From NCBI GenBank assembly GCA_951406725.2, contig OX597841.1, forward strand, positions 12,772,001-12,836,000: a stretch of 64,000 nt of DNA. The letters run 5' to 3'. Numbering within the stretch: the first letter of the stretch is position 1; each line of letters starts with the position of its first letter. Under the pieces are notes generated by a model. It ran no database searches. It was given only the letters and a program-made list of their open reading frames with translations, and had not been told where the DNA came from. This stretch comes from Octopus vulgaris (lineage: Eukaryota). Of the stretch, positions 41,129-55,599 are shown piece by piece. Both the position numbers and the translations under genes were made by a program.

Positions 41129-41882
41129 CACACACACACATATATATATATATATCAGTGTATGCAACGACTGCATTTATAAAATCTGGGTGTGTAAAAT
41201 ATATACAAATATATATACGACAATTTCCCGCCTTCTTCCGTCCTTCTCTCTCCTATGTGGCATGTCTCCTTGCTTCACTGACCAATACACCTTTACAAGT
41301 TTGTGATATATATATACATATATATATAAATTAAATAAGGGTAGAAATTTATATTAATCCATTAAAAACAGTGGCCTAGCATATTTTTAAAAAATCCGAA
41401 GATTAAACATTTTTTTCTTTACATACAAAATTTAGAGGAGTGACCACTAAAGTGGACATCCTTTATGCTAGATATAGACGTCAAAATCACCATTTTCCAC
41501 TAAGAGTCTGTTATCAACAAGAAACTCAGCAAAAAAAAAAAACCAAAGTGTAAAAATAAGCAAAACAAATGAAAATATAGGAAAAAATAAGAGAAAACAC
41601 TCTTCGTGGAAAATGATATGAGAACCTTCTATCTATAAATATTCTAACATCTACACAGCCTTGGTTTTCTTTTTTGTTATTTTATTACGCAAAAAATTCT
41701 TATATACACTCGCTGACGATTGAACCAACGTTGGACCCTTTATTCGCAAAATTACCGAATCTGGAACTTAACTATGGTCTGTCCATAGCATTTACTTAGC
41801 ATTACCTGACACCTTTGGGTCTTCTTGACACCCATTACCTCTTATATCTATCTATCTATGTATATATATATATCTATCTATC

Positions 41883-41928
<46 letters not shown>

Positions 41929-42417
41929 TAAATAAATGGAGTTTAACGCAGGTGTAATCAAATATTTTTACTTTCGACACATGTTTCGAAAATTCCACTG
42001 ATACTATTCAAGAGAATAAATAGATTTTTGCTACCCTGGTAACTATTTATTTTTTTTTTCTGTGTTAATTGTTAACAAGGTAAAAATACACTCATCTATC
42101 TATCTATATATAGGTATATATATATATATATATATATTCCACAAAGTAAGTTAGGGGTTGTGGATCCAACCCACTAAGGGATAGTATTTACCCAATATAC
42201 TTTTGGTATAAGACCCAAATTCTTAATACACAAATGCTTTTAATTGCAATGCAATTAACTCACTTATTGTAATAAACGGGTGAAGGTCAAGAAATATTTT
42301 TACCCTTAATTTATAATATAAATAAGAAAATAGGGAAACAATTTAGTTGGTTCATCAGCTTTAGGATATTAGAATGTTGGATTCTTTATTCATTTAACAG
42401 AAACGAGAACCTTAATA

Positions 42418-42515
<98 letters not shown>

Positions 42516-42729
42516 GATAATTATATATTTGGAGAGAAGATTTTTTTGTCAAAGAGTTAAGACTGAGAAAATAACCTTTTTTGAAAGTCGAAAGACTTTC
42601 TAAAATTTCTTAAATAAATAAATAATTAGAAAGTAAAGTAATTAAGTATTACGGAGGATATATTATAAATAATTAATCAATGGACAAAGATGTTATCATA
42701 AAATACAAAGAAGGACGTTTATAATTACG

Positions 42730-43012
42730 AACAAATCCCAATTATAAACCAAAAGGGTTTCAACACCCTTACATGTTAAAAATAGCAGCCAAAACCCACA
42801 ATTAAGCCATTTTGTCACTCATATTATTTCTCTTCCCAATTAAAACTGTCTGCTTTCGATTTGATGATTAGAATCCGTAACTTACAAATAACTGGTTAAT
42901 CCCTTATTGCAATTTCGACATTAGGGACCTCTTAGGCTTTATTGTGGGTTTTGGCTGCTATTTTTAACATGTAAGGGTTTTGAAACCCTTTTGGCTATAA
43001 TTGGGATTTTAT
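42730..43012. repeat. Fold-back inverted repeat (about 80-bp arms) in a (TA)n-flanked segment
   Basis: AAATCCCAATTATA..CCAAAAGGGTTTCAA.ACCCTTACATGTTAAAAATAGCAGCCAAAACCCACAAT is inverted at 42935-43012. Confidence 0.85.
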
Positions 43013-43033
43013 CATAATTAATTATCAACATAC

Positions 43034-43095
<62 letters not shown>

Positions 43096-43334
43096 TATAA
43101 TTATGAGTATAATTATAATTAGGGTTCAGCAAAACTTTGCTTCACCACATTACCGAAATTTTAAAATAGCAATTAAAACTATTTCTCTGCCATAATTATT
43201 AATTAATTTGACCCTTTATTATTATATATGCCACCATCTGGCATACACAGGTGCTTGCACTTAGCAAGTATTCACCCTAAATTTACTGTATATATATATA
43301 TTTATATATATTTATATATATACGGACACATATA

Positions 43335-44224
43335 CGAAGTGTAGTGGGAAAATATCTGAAAAGAAAACAAGTAATATTTAAAAGAAACGTCACCCTTTTG
43401 GCTTTTTTGTCTCCTTCAAAGAATTCGCCTTTGGAGTCTTCACACTTCTTCTGCCATCATTCCTGCAACTGTTGGAAACATTTCTGGAAATCACATTTTG
43501 GGAGGCTGAACAGCTGTGCCATGGAATTTTGTCTAATGTCTTCTGTTGACTCAAACCTTCTCCCTTCGAGTGTCTTTATATATTTTTGTTTGAGCTTTGG
43601 ACATCGCCAAAAGCTGACAGGGAACCAAGTCTGAGGAGTTGAAAGCCTCACGAAATGTTCTTTTGCTTGATGAGGAAACCTTGGACGACGTGGGCAGGAT
43701 GAATTGACTGAACTAATTCCAACTTTGGCAACAGTATTCTCCTCAGTATTCACATGACAGTCTTCATAGAATATTCCTCAAACCTTTTCAATCATTTCGT
43801 CATCTCTGCAAGGCCCTGTTCTCTCACCACATGGCTCTCTGTCCTCTGAGGTGCCCTCATCTTTGAACTGCTTACACCAACTCCTTTATTTTATGTTTTT
43901 CCTGTAGCATCATCTCCAAAAACCTTCTAAATCGTCTCAATAGTCTGGGCTTGCGTATCACCAAATTTTTCACAGAATTTAATACAGTATCTTTGCCCAA
44001 CGCACTTGGTCTTCTTGACTCAATGAGAAAAAATCCAGAGAGCAGAGTTCTTCCCGCCTGAACTCAATGCCTTTCTGCAGGCAAATGGTGGAACCTGCAA
44101 ACACGAAAATTTGTGTGCATGCTCAGAAAAAACGGAGGCGGATAATATCCATGTGGATGTTGCTCACACATTATTATTTAGTGCAAAAAAGACTAAGGTC
44201 AGATACCTTTCGACTACACTTCGG
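43335..44224 (-). mobile_element. Mariner element, both TIRs present, defective transposase
   Basis: TA-CGAAGTGTAGTGGGAAAATATCTGA ... TCAGATACCTTTCGACTACACTTCGG-TA. Peptide PKLK...LEGRRFESTEDIRQNSMAQLFSLPKCDFQKCFQQLQE. Confidence 0.9.
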
Positions 44225-45109
44225 TATATCACATGAAAATTTGTGTCATAGGCACAGGGTATATATCACACACTAAGTCGGCGAGCTGGCCGAATCGTTA
44301 GCGCGCCGGACGAAATGCTTAATGGTATTTCGTCTGCCGTTACGTTGTGAGTTCAAATTCCGCCGAGATCGACTTTGCCTTTCATCCTTTCGGGGTCAAT
44401 AAATTAAGTATCAGATACGCACTGGGGTCGATGTAATCGACTTAATACCTATGTCTGTCCTTGTTTGTCCTCTCTGTGTTTAGCTCCCTGTGGGTAATAA
44501 AGAAATAGGTATTTCGTCTGCTGTTACGTTCTGAGTTCAAATTCCTCCGAGGTCGACTTTGCCTTTCGTCTTTTCGGGGTCGATAAATTAAGTACCAGTT
44601 ACGCACTGGGGTCGATATAATCGACTTAATCCGTGTATTTGTCCTTGTTTGTCCTATGTTTAGCCCCTTCAGGGTTGTAAAGAAATAGGTATATATCACA
44701 CACCTACATATAGTTACAGATGGATGCGTACAAGAAGTTCATGGCAATAGGGGACTTTTAGACTAGCTCCTGCAAAGGGCTCTTTAATGGGTCTTGGGCC
44801 CAATAATGACACTTCATGCTTTGAATACGTATTAAATTTTAAAGTTGACCAATATTTTCCAAGCAATGAACAATTTTCATCAAAACAATGATATAATCTG
44901 TTGACTTGGAACTTATTGCAAAGCTGTGTATGATAAACATATATAAACACACTTGATACAAGGGTAAACAGTTCAGGCGGGAAAATAATTCCCGAAAAAT
45001 TAATTTGCTGAGATATTATTAATTTTCTTATTGTTCTGGTATGACTATTTTTTTAAAAATATTAACAGAAACAATGATACAGGCGATTGCAGGCCCAAAA
45101 AGGCATTAA

Positions 45110-45275
45110 ATAGCTGAAGAATTAAAGTCAATCAAAGGACATACTAAGTATGTCTACCTGCTGGAAATAACAGTCAAAACTCTTATTAGTGTATTTTGAC
45201 GATGTAGATAAGTGCTTTGACTGTTATTTCCAGCAGGTAGACATACTTCGTATGTGATTTTAATCCTTCAGCTAT
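45110..45275. repeat. Fold-back inverted repeat
   Basis: AAGTATGTCTACCTGCTGGAAATAACAGTCAAA vs TTTGACTGTTATTTCCAGCAGGTAGACATACTT, extended by TAGCTGAAG/CTTCAGCTA. Confidence 0.85.
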
Positions 45276-45342
45276 ATATATTGCTGAGTGGTTGGTGTTA
45301 AGAAGACCATCCAGCTGTAAAAATCCGATATTTTATGAATAA

Positions 45343-45743
45343 CTAGCAGTATCGCCCGGCGTTGCTCGGGTTTGTAAGGGAAATAACTATATAAGCATTT
45401 TTAGAGAGTTATAGCCAAAAATTAGCAAAAAAATGCATTAAAAATGGGAAAAAAATGATGGTAAATTTTTTTTTAAATCGTTGACTCATCGTAGACATTT
45501 TTAGAGAGTTACTTCCCTTATATAATAGCGAAAAAATGCATTAAAATGGGAAAAAATTATGGTAAATTTTTTTTTAAATCGTAGACTCATCGTAGACGCG
45601 CGCTAATACCCAGAAGGGCTCGATATGAATCACGACTATAAGATACCCGCTTTTGGTTAAACTGCACTGCAAAATGTGGGAGTATTTAGGAATCTAAATC
45701 GTAGGAGACAGACACCACACAACTTCTCTTTTATATATAAAGA
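45343..45743 (-). mobile_element. Non-autonomous Helitron-like element with an internal 100-bp duplication
   Basis: On the minus strand: 5' TCTTTATATATAAAAG, 3' hairpin CCCGAGCAACGCCGGG-CGATACTG-CTAG|T. Confidence 0.8.
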
Positions 45744-46222
45744 AGATATTGTTGTTGAAGAATAATGAAATGAAAATCTACGAAATGTTTTGAGTAATTT
45801 TTCAGTTTATATTTAAAAGCTGTGTTTTTATTATTACTTATTTAAAAAAAGCAGGGGATGGGTTAGAGGGGTCGTTAGCACATCAACCGAAATACTTATG
45901 GAGTGTGAGTGTTAATATATGCTTAGAAATATATAGATGTGCATTTGTGTGTGTGTGTGTGTGTGTGGAACCATTTGATGTGTATTATCCTTATGGTATT
46001 ATCTTACTTATTGATGTATATTGTTTTATTCTGTATTTTTCTGTTGGATTTGGATGTTCCTATTTAATCTAAATAATTAGTTAATAAATTATTTGAATTG
46101 GTATTATCTGGAAGTTGATGATTGAAAGAAATCTATTCCTCCATTTTCTTATTTTGTATATATATATATATGTATGTATATATATATATATATGTATGTA
46201 TGTATATATATATATATGTATG

Positions 46223-46295
<73 letters not shown>

Positions 46296-46298
46296 GTA

Positions 46299-46341
<43 letters not shown>

Positions 46342-46403
46342 ATATATGTATATATATATATATGTGTGTGTGTGTATTGTGTGTATGTATGTATATATGT
46401 ATG

Positions 46404-46455
<52 letters not shown>

Positions 46456-47245
46456 TATATATATATTTATATATATATTGGATAGTTAGATAAATATATA
46501 CTATATACACATACACACAGAAGAGAGAGAGAGAGATAAACATGTATGTAAATATACAATATGTACACATACCACACAGACATACTAAAGAAAAGCGTGA
46601 AAAATTACTTTCATTATTATTATTATTACTATTATTATTATTATTACTGTTATTATTATCATTATGCCTTTTACTAATACTTATTCATTCACGCTTGTCT
46701 TCCAATTTTAATTTGCATTCTTATCTTTCACTCCACAGTTTTCTTAAACATTTGATTTCCAAAATGGCAGAATGCCACTTAAATCTGAACACTCACTACT
46801 ATAGAAATATTCTTTTTAAAAAACTTTTCTTCTAATTTTTCTAAATTTAATTATTTAATCGTTACAGTTGAAAAGGTCTCAAAATTGCCTTCGTTCGGTA
46901 GATTTCCTGTTCTTTTCAAAAGAAATCAGGCTTTGTCAAGACTGCTTCAAATGTTTATTCAGTGAGTTGCTTAATAATTGCCACTGAAGCATAAATAAAT
47001 ATGTACAAACCATTTCTGTTGTTCCCGAATATCTTTTGATATTGTCGTGACTGGTTACACGAACATCTGTGGAACGGTTTGGGAATCATTTTGTACATGC
47101 TGTGTGCTAAGAAGCTTGCTTCCCAACCACATGGTTCCGGGTTCAGTCCCACTGTGTGGCACCTTGGGCAAGTGTCTTCTACAACAGTCTCAGCCCACCA
47201 AAGCCTCGTGAGTGGATTTGGCAGATAGAAAATGAAAGAAATCCC

Positions 47246-47303
<58 letters not shown>

Positions 47304-47311
47304 TAGATATA

Positions 47312-47362
<51 letters not shown>

Positions 47363-48333
47363 AGATATACACACACATACACACACACACACATACAAAA
47401 CAGAATACATTTTTATTTTCATTTAATTTTACGATATTTTTAATTTTAAATATATATATATATGTATATATATATGTATATATATATATATATATATATA
47501 CAATTGTTAGATCGTGGTGGTGGTATAATCTTGTAGAGTTTTGGAATAAACCTTTCTACTATAAGCACAACACCTGGAATTTTGGAGTGGTGGAGGGGGG
47601 GGGTGCAGTCAATTAGATCGACGCCAGTACACAACTGGTACTTAATTTAACGACCCCGAAAGTACTTAAGACGAAGTCAACCTCGGCGGAATTTGAACTC
47701 AGAATGTAAAGACAGACGAAATACCACAAAGCATTTCGCTACTGATTCTGCAAAGCTCACCACCTTAGAGTTTTGGAATAATGGTGAACGGAAATGCCTA
47801 CTTTTATTTGTTCTTCAATTTTCCTTTTTTATTTCCAAAATTTCAATGGATTTCTGAGGTTCAGATATCAGACATTTCTCTGGTATAAAATGAAAAATGA
47901 ATGGAAAAGTTATTGAAAAATTATAATTTGGAACATCTTCGATGACAGGTCTTTTGGACGAAGACTGACCCAGGGCTAAACGATAAGAGCAGAATCAGTT
48001 ATTTAGAATACCCTGTCTGCCATCCACATCCATATTTTCTTCATTAACCCTTACCTCGCCATGACCACCACCACAGCCACCCCTACTCAACCTGAGTTGG
48101 CACCTCCTCTTTGGCAGACCTAATGTGTCTGTTTGTCTGCTAACACCTTTACCTCGCCCTCCTCCCCTTTGTTCCTACCTCCTCACCCTGCCCCTCCACC
48201 CACCCTACAACGACCTCCTACACCCACTCCCCCACCGTTGTCCACAACAGGATGTTTACAGCACCTGAAAAGGTCAAAAGAATTAGGCAACCCACACCAC
48301 CTTTCCTCATTGCCCCTCCCCACAAACTTATAT

Positions 48334-48370
<37 letters not shown>

Positions 48371-48383
48371 TACACACACTCAT

Positions 48384-48430
<47 letters not shown>

Positions 48431-48916
48431 ACCACCGCCGCCGCCATCACCACCAACTACTTATTATCATAGCAAGTTGACTGTAGCTTGACCTTTGAGT
48501 CAATTGGTGTCACTAGTGTCAAAACCCTCAGTGAACACACCCCACAGATTCGTCTGTCTGTCTGTCTGTCCTCACTCTAGCTCCTTCTGTAATCACCCTT
48601 CCACCCACCCCCTACTCCCTTACCCTGCCAATAGCCCTATTCAAACCTATAATTATTTTGTTCATTGGAAGAAGAAAAGAGGGCGGAGCAACAGAAACTA
48701 CACTGAAGCATATACATACATACATATATATATATATATATTTATATATATATGTGTGCACACACAATGTATATATGTGTGTGTGTGTGTGTGTATACAC
48801 ACACACACACACATATATATATTGTGTGTATGGGTGTGTATGCATCATGTGTGTGTGTAGATAGATATAAAGAGAGATATATTGTATGTATGTCTGACAT
48901 ATCTATTTAGCAATAA

Positions 48917-48963
<47 letters not shown>

Positions 48964-48964
48964 A

Positions 48965-49014
<50 letters not shown>

Positions 49015-49019
49015 ATATA

Positions 49020-49089
<70 letters not shown>

Positions 49090-49767
49090 CATTTGTAAGT
49101 GTATATATATATGTGTGTGTGTGTATACATGTATAAGTGTATATATATATATATACATAAGTGTATATGTATATGTATGTACATAAATGTATATGTATAT
49201 ACATATATGTATATACATATATATATGTGTGTGTATATATATATACACATATATGTACATATGCATATTGTCCTTGTAAGGCAAGCTGGCATAATTGTTA
49301 ACATCGCAGGCAAAGATTCTTGTCAGCATTTCGCCAGCCTTTGCTTTTTCTGGGGTTCAAGTTGCCATGTGGTTGACTTTCCCTCTCATCCTGACACGGT
49401 GTCCATAAAATAGGTACCAGTTGAATACTGGGGGAGGAGAGGGTGTGATTTCCCTACCCCCAACCCCCACGAAAAAATTGCTGTCTTGTGCCAAAGTTTG
49501 AAACTGATATATTGTATGTGTGTATATATTTATCTCCTCTCTCTCTCTCACTCTCTCTCTATACACATACATATATACATATATATATACAATATATATA
49601 TATATATATAAAATTAAGAAGGAGAGAAGACAAATTTAAAGCTCGTTGTATATATTCATTCAATCAATATTAACGAAATTCTCCATGGTACACAATATAC
49701 ATACATAGATGCATTCATCTATATATATATATATATGCATATATATATATTCATATATATATATTCA

Positions 49768-49917
<150 letters not shown>

Positions 49918-49933
49918 TTATATATATATATAC

Positions 49934-49966
<33 letters not shown>

Positions 49967-50000
49967 CATATATATAATAATTCATATATATATATATATC

Positions 50001-50067
<67 letters not shown>

Positions 50068-50475
50068 TATATTTGTATAAAAAATACAAACTGGGACAAG
50101 AATGCAAAACATTTAGAAGACGATACAAAAACACGGACGGGACATACGAAGCCTTCAATCTTCAGTCAAGAACCGGATCATCCTAGCAATTTCGGCTGAT
50201 TAATCTTGAGATTGCTCCAATCTGGCCAGCCCTAAGGAAAAACTAAGCTACGAGCATTAGATTCCATGAAAGAAAGCTTCGAATGTATACAAAATAAGGA
50301 CGGAAAAACGGACGATTTCACATGAATATGAATACAAAAACAATAATAATAATAATAACAATAACAGGACATCAAAAACAGACGTATATATATGTATATA
50401 TTTGTGTATATATATATATGTATATATATATATACGTTTAAATATTTGTTGTGCAATATGACCATTCCGAAATAT

Positions 50476-50521
<46 letters not shown>

Positions 50522-50928
50522 ACAAATTGAGATAGGGGTTGTAAATGCAACCCTCCATGGGATAACATATATCCAATATACTGCTAGTGAAGAACCCAAC
50601 AAAGTTAATACATAAATGTTAATGATTGCGATGCAATCAATTCATTTACTGTATTATATGGCCAAAGGTAAAATGATTTACCACAAATTACTAATACAAG
50701 ATAAGAAAATGGAGAAATACACCTAAATCAAATATCAATTACCAGATAATACTCAATCACATACTTTATTAAACCAGCACATAAGAGACTGTAGGGTTAA
50801 ACATAAAAAAGCAGAACAAATCAGTGTACATAAAGGAATGTACTTAAAAAAGTAATGTTGTATAATAATTAGAATATATATAAAAGAGAATATAAATACA
50901 AGTAAATATAAATATAAGTATAAATTAG

Positions 50929-51054
50929 ATCTTACAGCTGTTTCGGCCATGTCGATAATTATGTCTCATTTTACCAATATTAGCCCTTTATGGTTGGTCA
51001 ATATATAGATATAAATGAGACATAACAAAAATATCACAAGGCCTCTTCGGAGAT
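50929..51054 (-). ncRNA. Type I hammerhead motif (U4C variant), same family as 40296
   Basis: Minus strand: ATCT-CCGAAGA-GGCC[long hairpin TTATGTCTCATTT/AAATGAGACATAA]GGCC-GAAA-CAGCTG-TA-AGAT. Confidence 0.7.
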
Positions 51055-51497
51055 TATGTAATATAACTCAGTCTACACATATACCCACATGGGTGTGGGT
51101 GCGTACCCACAATACAACATATACATATACATATGAGTGCATATACTCACACTCCTATACATATAAAAATATACATTTACATAATGATATAAATAAATAA
51201 TATAAATTAGTAAACATATATATGTGTTCCACACTCAATGTCTCAGTTTTTCAACTTAATATTGTGATAATAAACATACACAAATTAGTACCTAGATGCA
51301 AATATACATAGTCAATAGTACATTATATTACTTCGTAATAGTTTCTAAAGTGTCATTAAAGTTAGCATCATTATCGTTGTCAATGCCATTAATGTTATCA
51401 TTATTGTTATCATTCATAATATTATTAATAACTCTTACATTATGATCCAGAGCGGAATATATGTATGTCCGTGTTCCATATATATATGTGTGTGTGG

Positions 51498-51745
51498 AGG
51501 CGTGTGGCTTAGTGGTTAGGGTGTCAGCATCATGATCGTAACATTGTGGTTTCAATTCCTGGACCAGGCAATGTGTTGTGTTCTTGAGCAAAACACTTCA
51601 TTTCACATTGCTCCAGTCCACTCAGCTGGCAAAAATGAGTAACGCTGCGATGGACTGGTGTCCCATCCAGCTGGAGAACACATACGCCATAGAAACTGGG
51701 AAACCAGGCCCATGAGCCTGGCTAGGCTTTAAAGGGGCACATTTA
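51498..51745 (+). mobile_element. Older tRNA-derived SINE
   Basis: GGCGTGTGGCTTAGTGGTTAGG (A box)...GGTTTCAATTCC (B-box-like)...TTGAGCAAAACACTT...CAGTCCACTCAGCTG. Related fragments at 34680-34915 (-) and 55640-56560 (-). Confidence 0.75.
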
Positions 51746-51941
51746 TAATTTTTTTTATATATGTAAAGTTAGTGATGTCATATGTCATACAGTTTGGAAA
51801 GACAATCTTAATGTCTAATTAACATTGTAATTAGTGTGATTGCTGTGAACTTGACTGCCATTTTTTAAGGCAGATTACATCCCTGAACCCTCATTCATCC
51901 TCACTCAGCCTGTCTCTTTCTTTCTCTTTGTGTCCTTTCAG

Positions 51942-52197
51942 TCCCAACGGAATGCTGCTGCCCCACATTGCCAACCTTGATGCAATCTGGACGACCACTG
52001 AACCCAGCCGGAACACACGACACCAACACAACAGCAACAACAACAACAACAACCAGCAATATCAGCAACAGAAGTTAGCTTACAACTCGGCAGATGGCAG
52101 CACTGTTACTGGTGTCAGCACCGTGTTGTTGTCATGGCGATTATTCTTTGTCCTAACCAGCTCTATATCAGTTGGGGTCTGCCAGTTACTGGCTTGA
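51942..52197 (+). CDS. TRABD2: Probable terminal coding exon of the Tiki/TRABD2-like gene (hydrophobic C-terminus, GPI-signal-like)
   Basis: Strong acceptor TCTCTTTGTGTCCTTTCAG, phase 2 compatible. Encodes (S)PNGMLLPHIANLDAIWTT...AYNSADGSTVTGVSTVLLSWRLFFVLTSSISVGVCQLLA-stop. LDAIW recalls the Tiki DLW motif. Confidence 0.75.
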
Positions 52198-52780
52198 AGG
52201 GTCATAGGAAAATACGACCCTTAAACAAAAAGGACCATTTTAAAATCCTTTAGAACAATATTGTTCTTTTTTCTTTCCCCTAATATTTACTGTCCCTTTT
52301 ACCACAAATTGTTATGGTTTATTATCACTGTATAACAAAGACCCTTATATCTTAAACCCTACAAATTTATTATATTCTAAAACAGCGTCTCCCAACCTCA
52401 CTGTATAACATGGACCCCTAAACATTAAACTTCTACTTTACTATATTCTAAAACAGCATTTCTCAATCCTTTATACCTTTGGGGAACCCTTAAAATACAT
52501 GACATGTCTCAGGAAACCCCTACGCAACAGCTATTCTACACTTTTAGTGGTCCTTTTGTTTGCTTTTCACAAGGTATTCAACAAACCCTTAAACTGTCTT
52601 TGAAAGGATCGTCTGTTTTAAATCTGTTCATCCATCTTTTCAACACCACTATTTCTGGGATGTTCACGAGTGGAGAGTCCTCAGGCACCTCCTCAATAGG
52701 GTCCACCCAAAAGAAGTACATACAAATATATATATATACATATATATGTATACATACATATATCTATATATATCTATACA

Positions 52781-52858
<78 letters not shown>

Positions 52859-53347
52859 CACATACACACACACATAAATATATATATAGGAAAAACAGAA
52901 GTTGAAAATGCTCTGAGAATAGTTTCTTTTATTTCCTTTTACTTGTTTCAGTCATTCGACTGCTGCCATGCTGGAGCACCACATTTGGTCAAACAAATCG
53001 ACCCCAGGACTTATTCTTTGTAAGCCTAGTACTTATTCTATCGGCCTCTTGCTGAACCGCTGAGTTACAGGGCCATAAACACACCAACATTGGTTATCAA
53101 GCGATGGTGGGGGGACAAACAAACACACAAATACATACATGCATTCATACATACATACATACATACATACATACATACATACATACATACATACATGTAT
53201 ATATATACATTTATATACATCTACATATTTATATACATATATATATTTATATACATATATATATATATATATACACACACAGATATATACATATATACAT
53301 ACATATATATATATATCAAAATAAACAACAAGGATATCCAGAGGTAA

Positions 53348-53434
53348 TGCAGTACGATCGTTTCTTGCAACTCCATTTAATTGAACAATGCAATCATTAA
53401 ATCAATTTAAAATGCAGAGCAATCCTCAGCTGCA
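53348..53434 (-). ncRNA. Type I hammerhead ribozyme motif, intact core (degenerate sibling 33935-34022)
   Basis: Minus strand: TGCAG-CTGAGGA-TTGC[insert]GCAA-GAAA-CGATCG-TA-CTGCA. Palindromic ACGATCGT, GUA site, U10.1-A11.1 pair. Confidence 0.8.
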
Positions 53435-54609
53435 CAAAAATATAGAATTTAGTTCAATTAGAACAGATGGACACATTAGTATAATTATACCTGAAATCTT
53501 CAGACATAGAAAATGCTGTCTCCATTCCAGCATAGCAGTTACTAATTTATCAAGAAGATATACATTGTTACAGACTCTGCCTGTCAGTGATTTTTTTGTT
53601 TTTTATGGGGTCAGTTTTAATTTATAGACTAGTTTATCGAAACCTTGTATATCTAAGGCTGAGAGAACAGAGGGCAGTATCTGTTAGGGGTAGGGCTGAG
53701 GGAGCAGACAGACATATAGTTGGTATAGTCATAAAAATCAAGACTTATTAGAAGCAATATCATGAGGTTTCGTAAAGGAAAACTTAAAACAAGATGTTAG
53801 CTGACAATTAAGGGGGTTGCCCACTAGCAGACCCTTGATAATGAAATAGGGGGGGGGTCTTATCATGTGGTACTATAGTTAAATATTTTAAACAATGTTG
53901 CTATATGGTATACAGTTAAAGTTTAGGGTTATTCAGAGGATTATTAAGAAGAATATATATGATGGGCTTCTTTCAGTTTCTGTCTGCTGAATCCACTCTC
54001 ACAAGGCTATCATAGAAGACACTTGCCCAAGGTGCCACGCAGTGGGACTGAACCCAGAACCATGTGATTGGGAAGCAAGCTTCTTACCACACAGCCACAC
54101 CTGCACCTATTAACAAATATATTTAACTTAAATATATTTTGTCTTTGCCTCTCATCACTTCCTGGGGGCTTTGTCTCTCATCCCAGCTGGGCCCTGGGGT
54201 GGTGGGCATTATATAATCAACTTACCCCTGCTCCCAAAATTGCCGGCCCTGTGCTAGAATTTGAAACTGGCATTAAATCCATTGGACATGACAGGCAAAG
54301 GTTTTCAGTAATTTCACCTTAAATCAAGACATAATCCCTGACCAAAATCTCCCCTTCAACCCCTTATTAAGGGGTCATTTTTACCTGTTGGTATCCCCTT
54401 TTTATTGTCTACAGATGCTGGGGTTTCTCTACCTCTGTGAATATTCCATGGATGTCAATTCAAATTATAAATATCAACTCATAAAAAAAATTTTTTTAAA
54501 TTACACAAAATTTGCATATAATTAGTATAATTGATAATTAATCCTTAATTTTGGAGAACATTCAAAAGAAACTTGGTTGGGAAAAACCGGTTTTGCAGCA
54601 TGGAAACCC

Positions 54610-54860
54610 TCTTTCTTTCTTTCTTTCTTTTTTCTTTCTCTTCTTCCTTCCTTCTTTCTTTCTTTCTCTTCTTCCTTCCTTTCTTTCTTTCTTTCTTTCC
54701 TTCTTTCTATCTTCTTTTTTCCTTCTTTCTTTCTTTCTTTTTTTCTTTTTCCTTTGTTTTATGCCATTTTTCTTTGTTTCTCTTTCTTTTTGCTTTTTCT
54801 TTGCTTCATTCTCCTCTTTATCTCTCTCTCTTTCACATCTTCCTTTTTTCTTTCTCTTCT

Positions 54861-54916
<56 letters not shown>

Positions 54917-55175
54917 TCCTTCCTTCATTCTTTCTTTTCCTTCTTTTTTTCTTCTTTTTTCCTTCTTTCTTTCTTCTTTTTTCCTTCTTTGTTTCTCTTT
55001 CTTTTTGTTTCTTTCTTTGCTTCATTCCCCCCTTTCTCTCTCCCTCTCTTTCTTTTCCTCTTTTCCTCCTTTCTTTCTTTCTTTCTTTCATTTCTTCTCT
55101 CTTTTCCTTTCTTTCTTCCCTTTTCTCTCTTTCTTTTCTCTTTCTTTCCTTCCTTCCTTCCTTTCTCTCTTTCTG
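54610..55175. repeat. Long (CTTT)n-type polypyrimidine low-complexity tract
   Basis: Almost purine-free on the + strand, with an internal duplicated block. Confidence 0.9.
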
Positions 55176-55599
55176 TCTGTCTGTCTGTGTGTCTTTGACA
55201 AGTTCCTTACCTCCCTGCATCCATCTCTTACTTTTTCAGTCATCCAAATCTTTAACCTTTAATCTTTAGTCAGACTGGTTAATAGAATCAGTAAAGGATA
55301 ATCTAAATCGGGTCCCAGAGACATGGACTGCATTGCTGATGAGGGTCTTCTCAGCAACAACACTGGTTTTCGTAAGGGATCAGTCTCAGAGCATGGCACC
55401 TTGAGCAAGTTTCTTCTTTTCTATAACCTCAGGTTCACTAAGGACTTTGTGCAATTTCACCAATGTAAGGGCCAATATTGTTGTTTCTAAGGTGTGTGGT
55501 GGCATTCATCGATTATCAGCCTCATTATTATCATCGTCAGCCCTTGGATGTTGCCATCCCAAGCCCTAGGATTCATGGGGTCGGTTACCCTGTTTTCAT

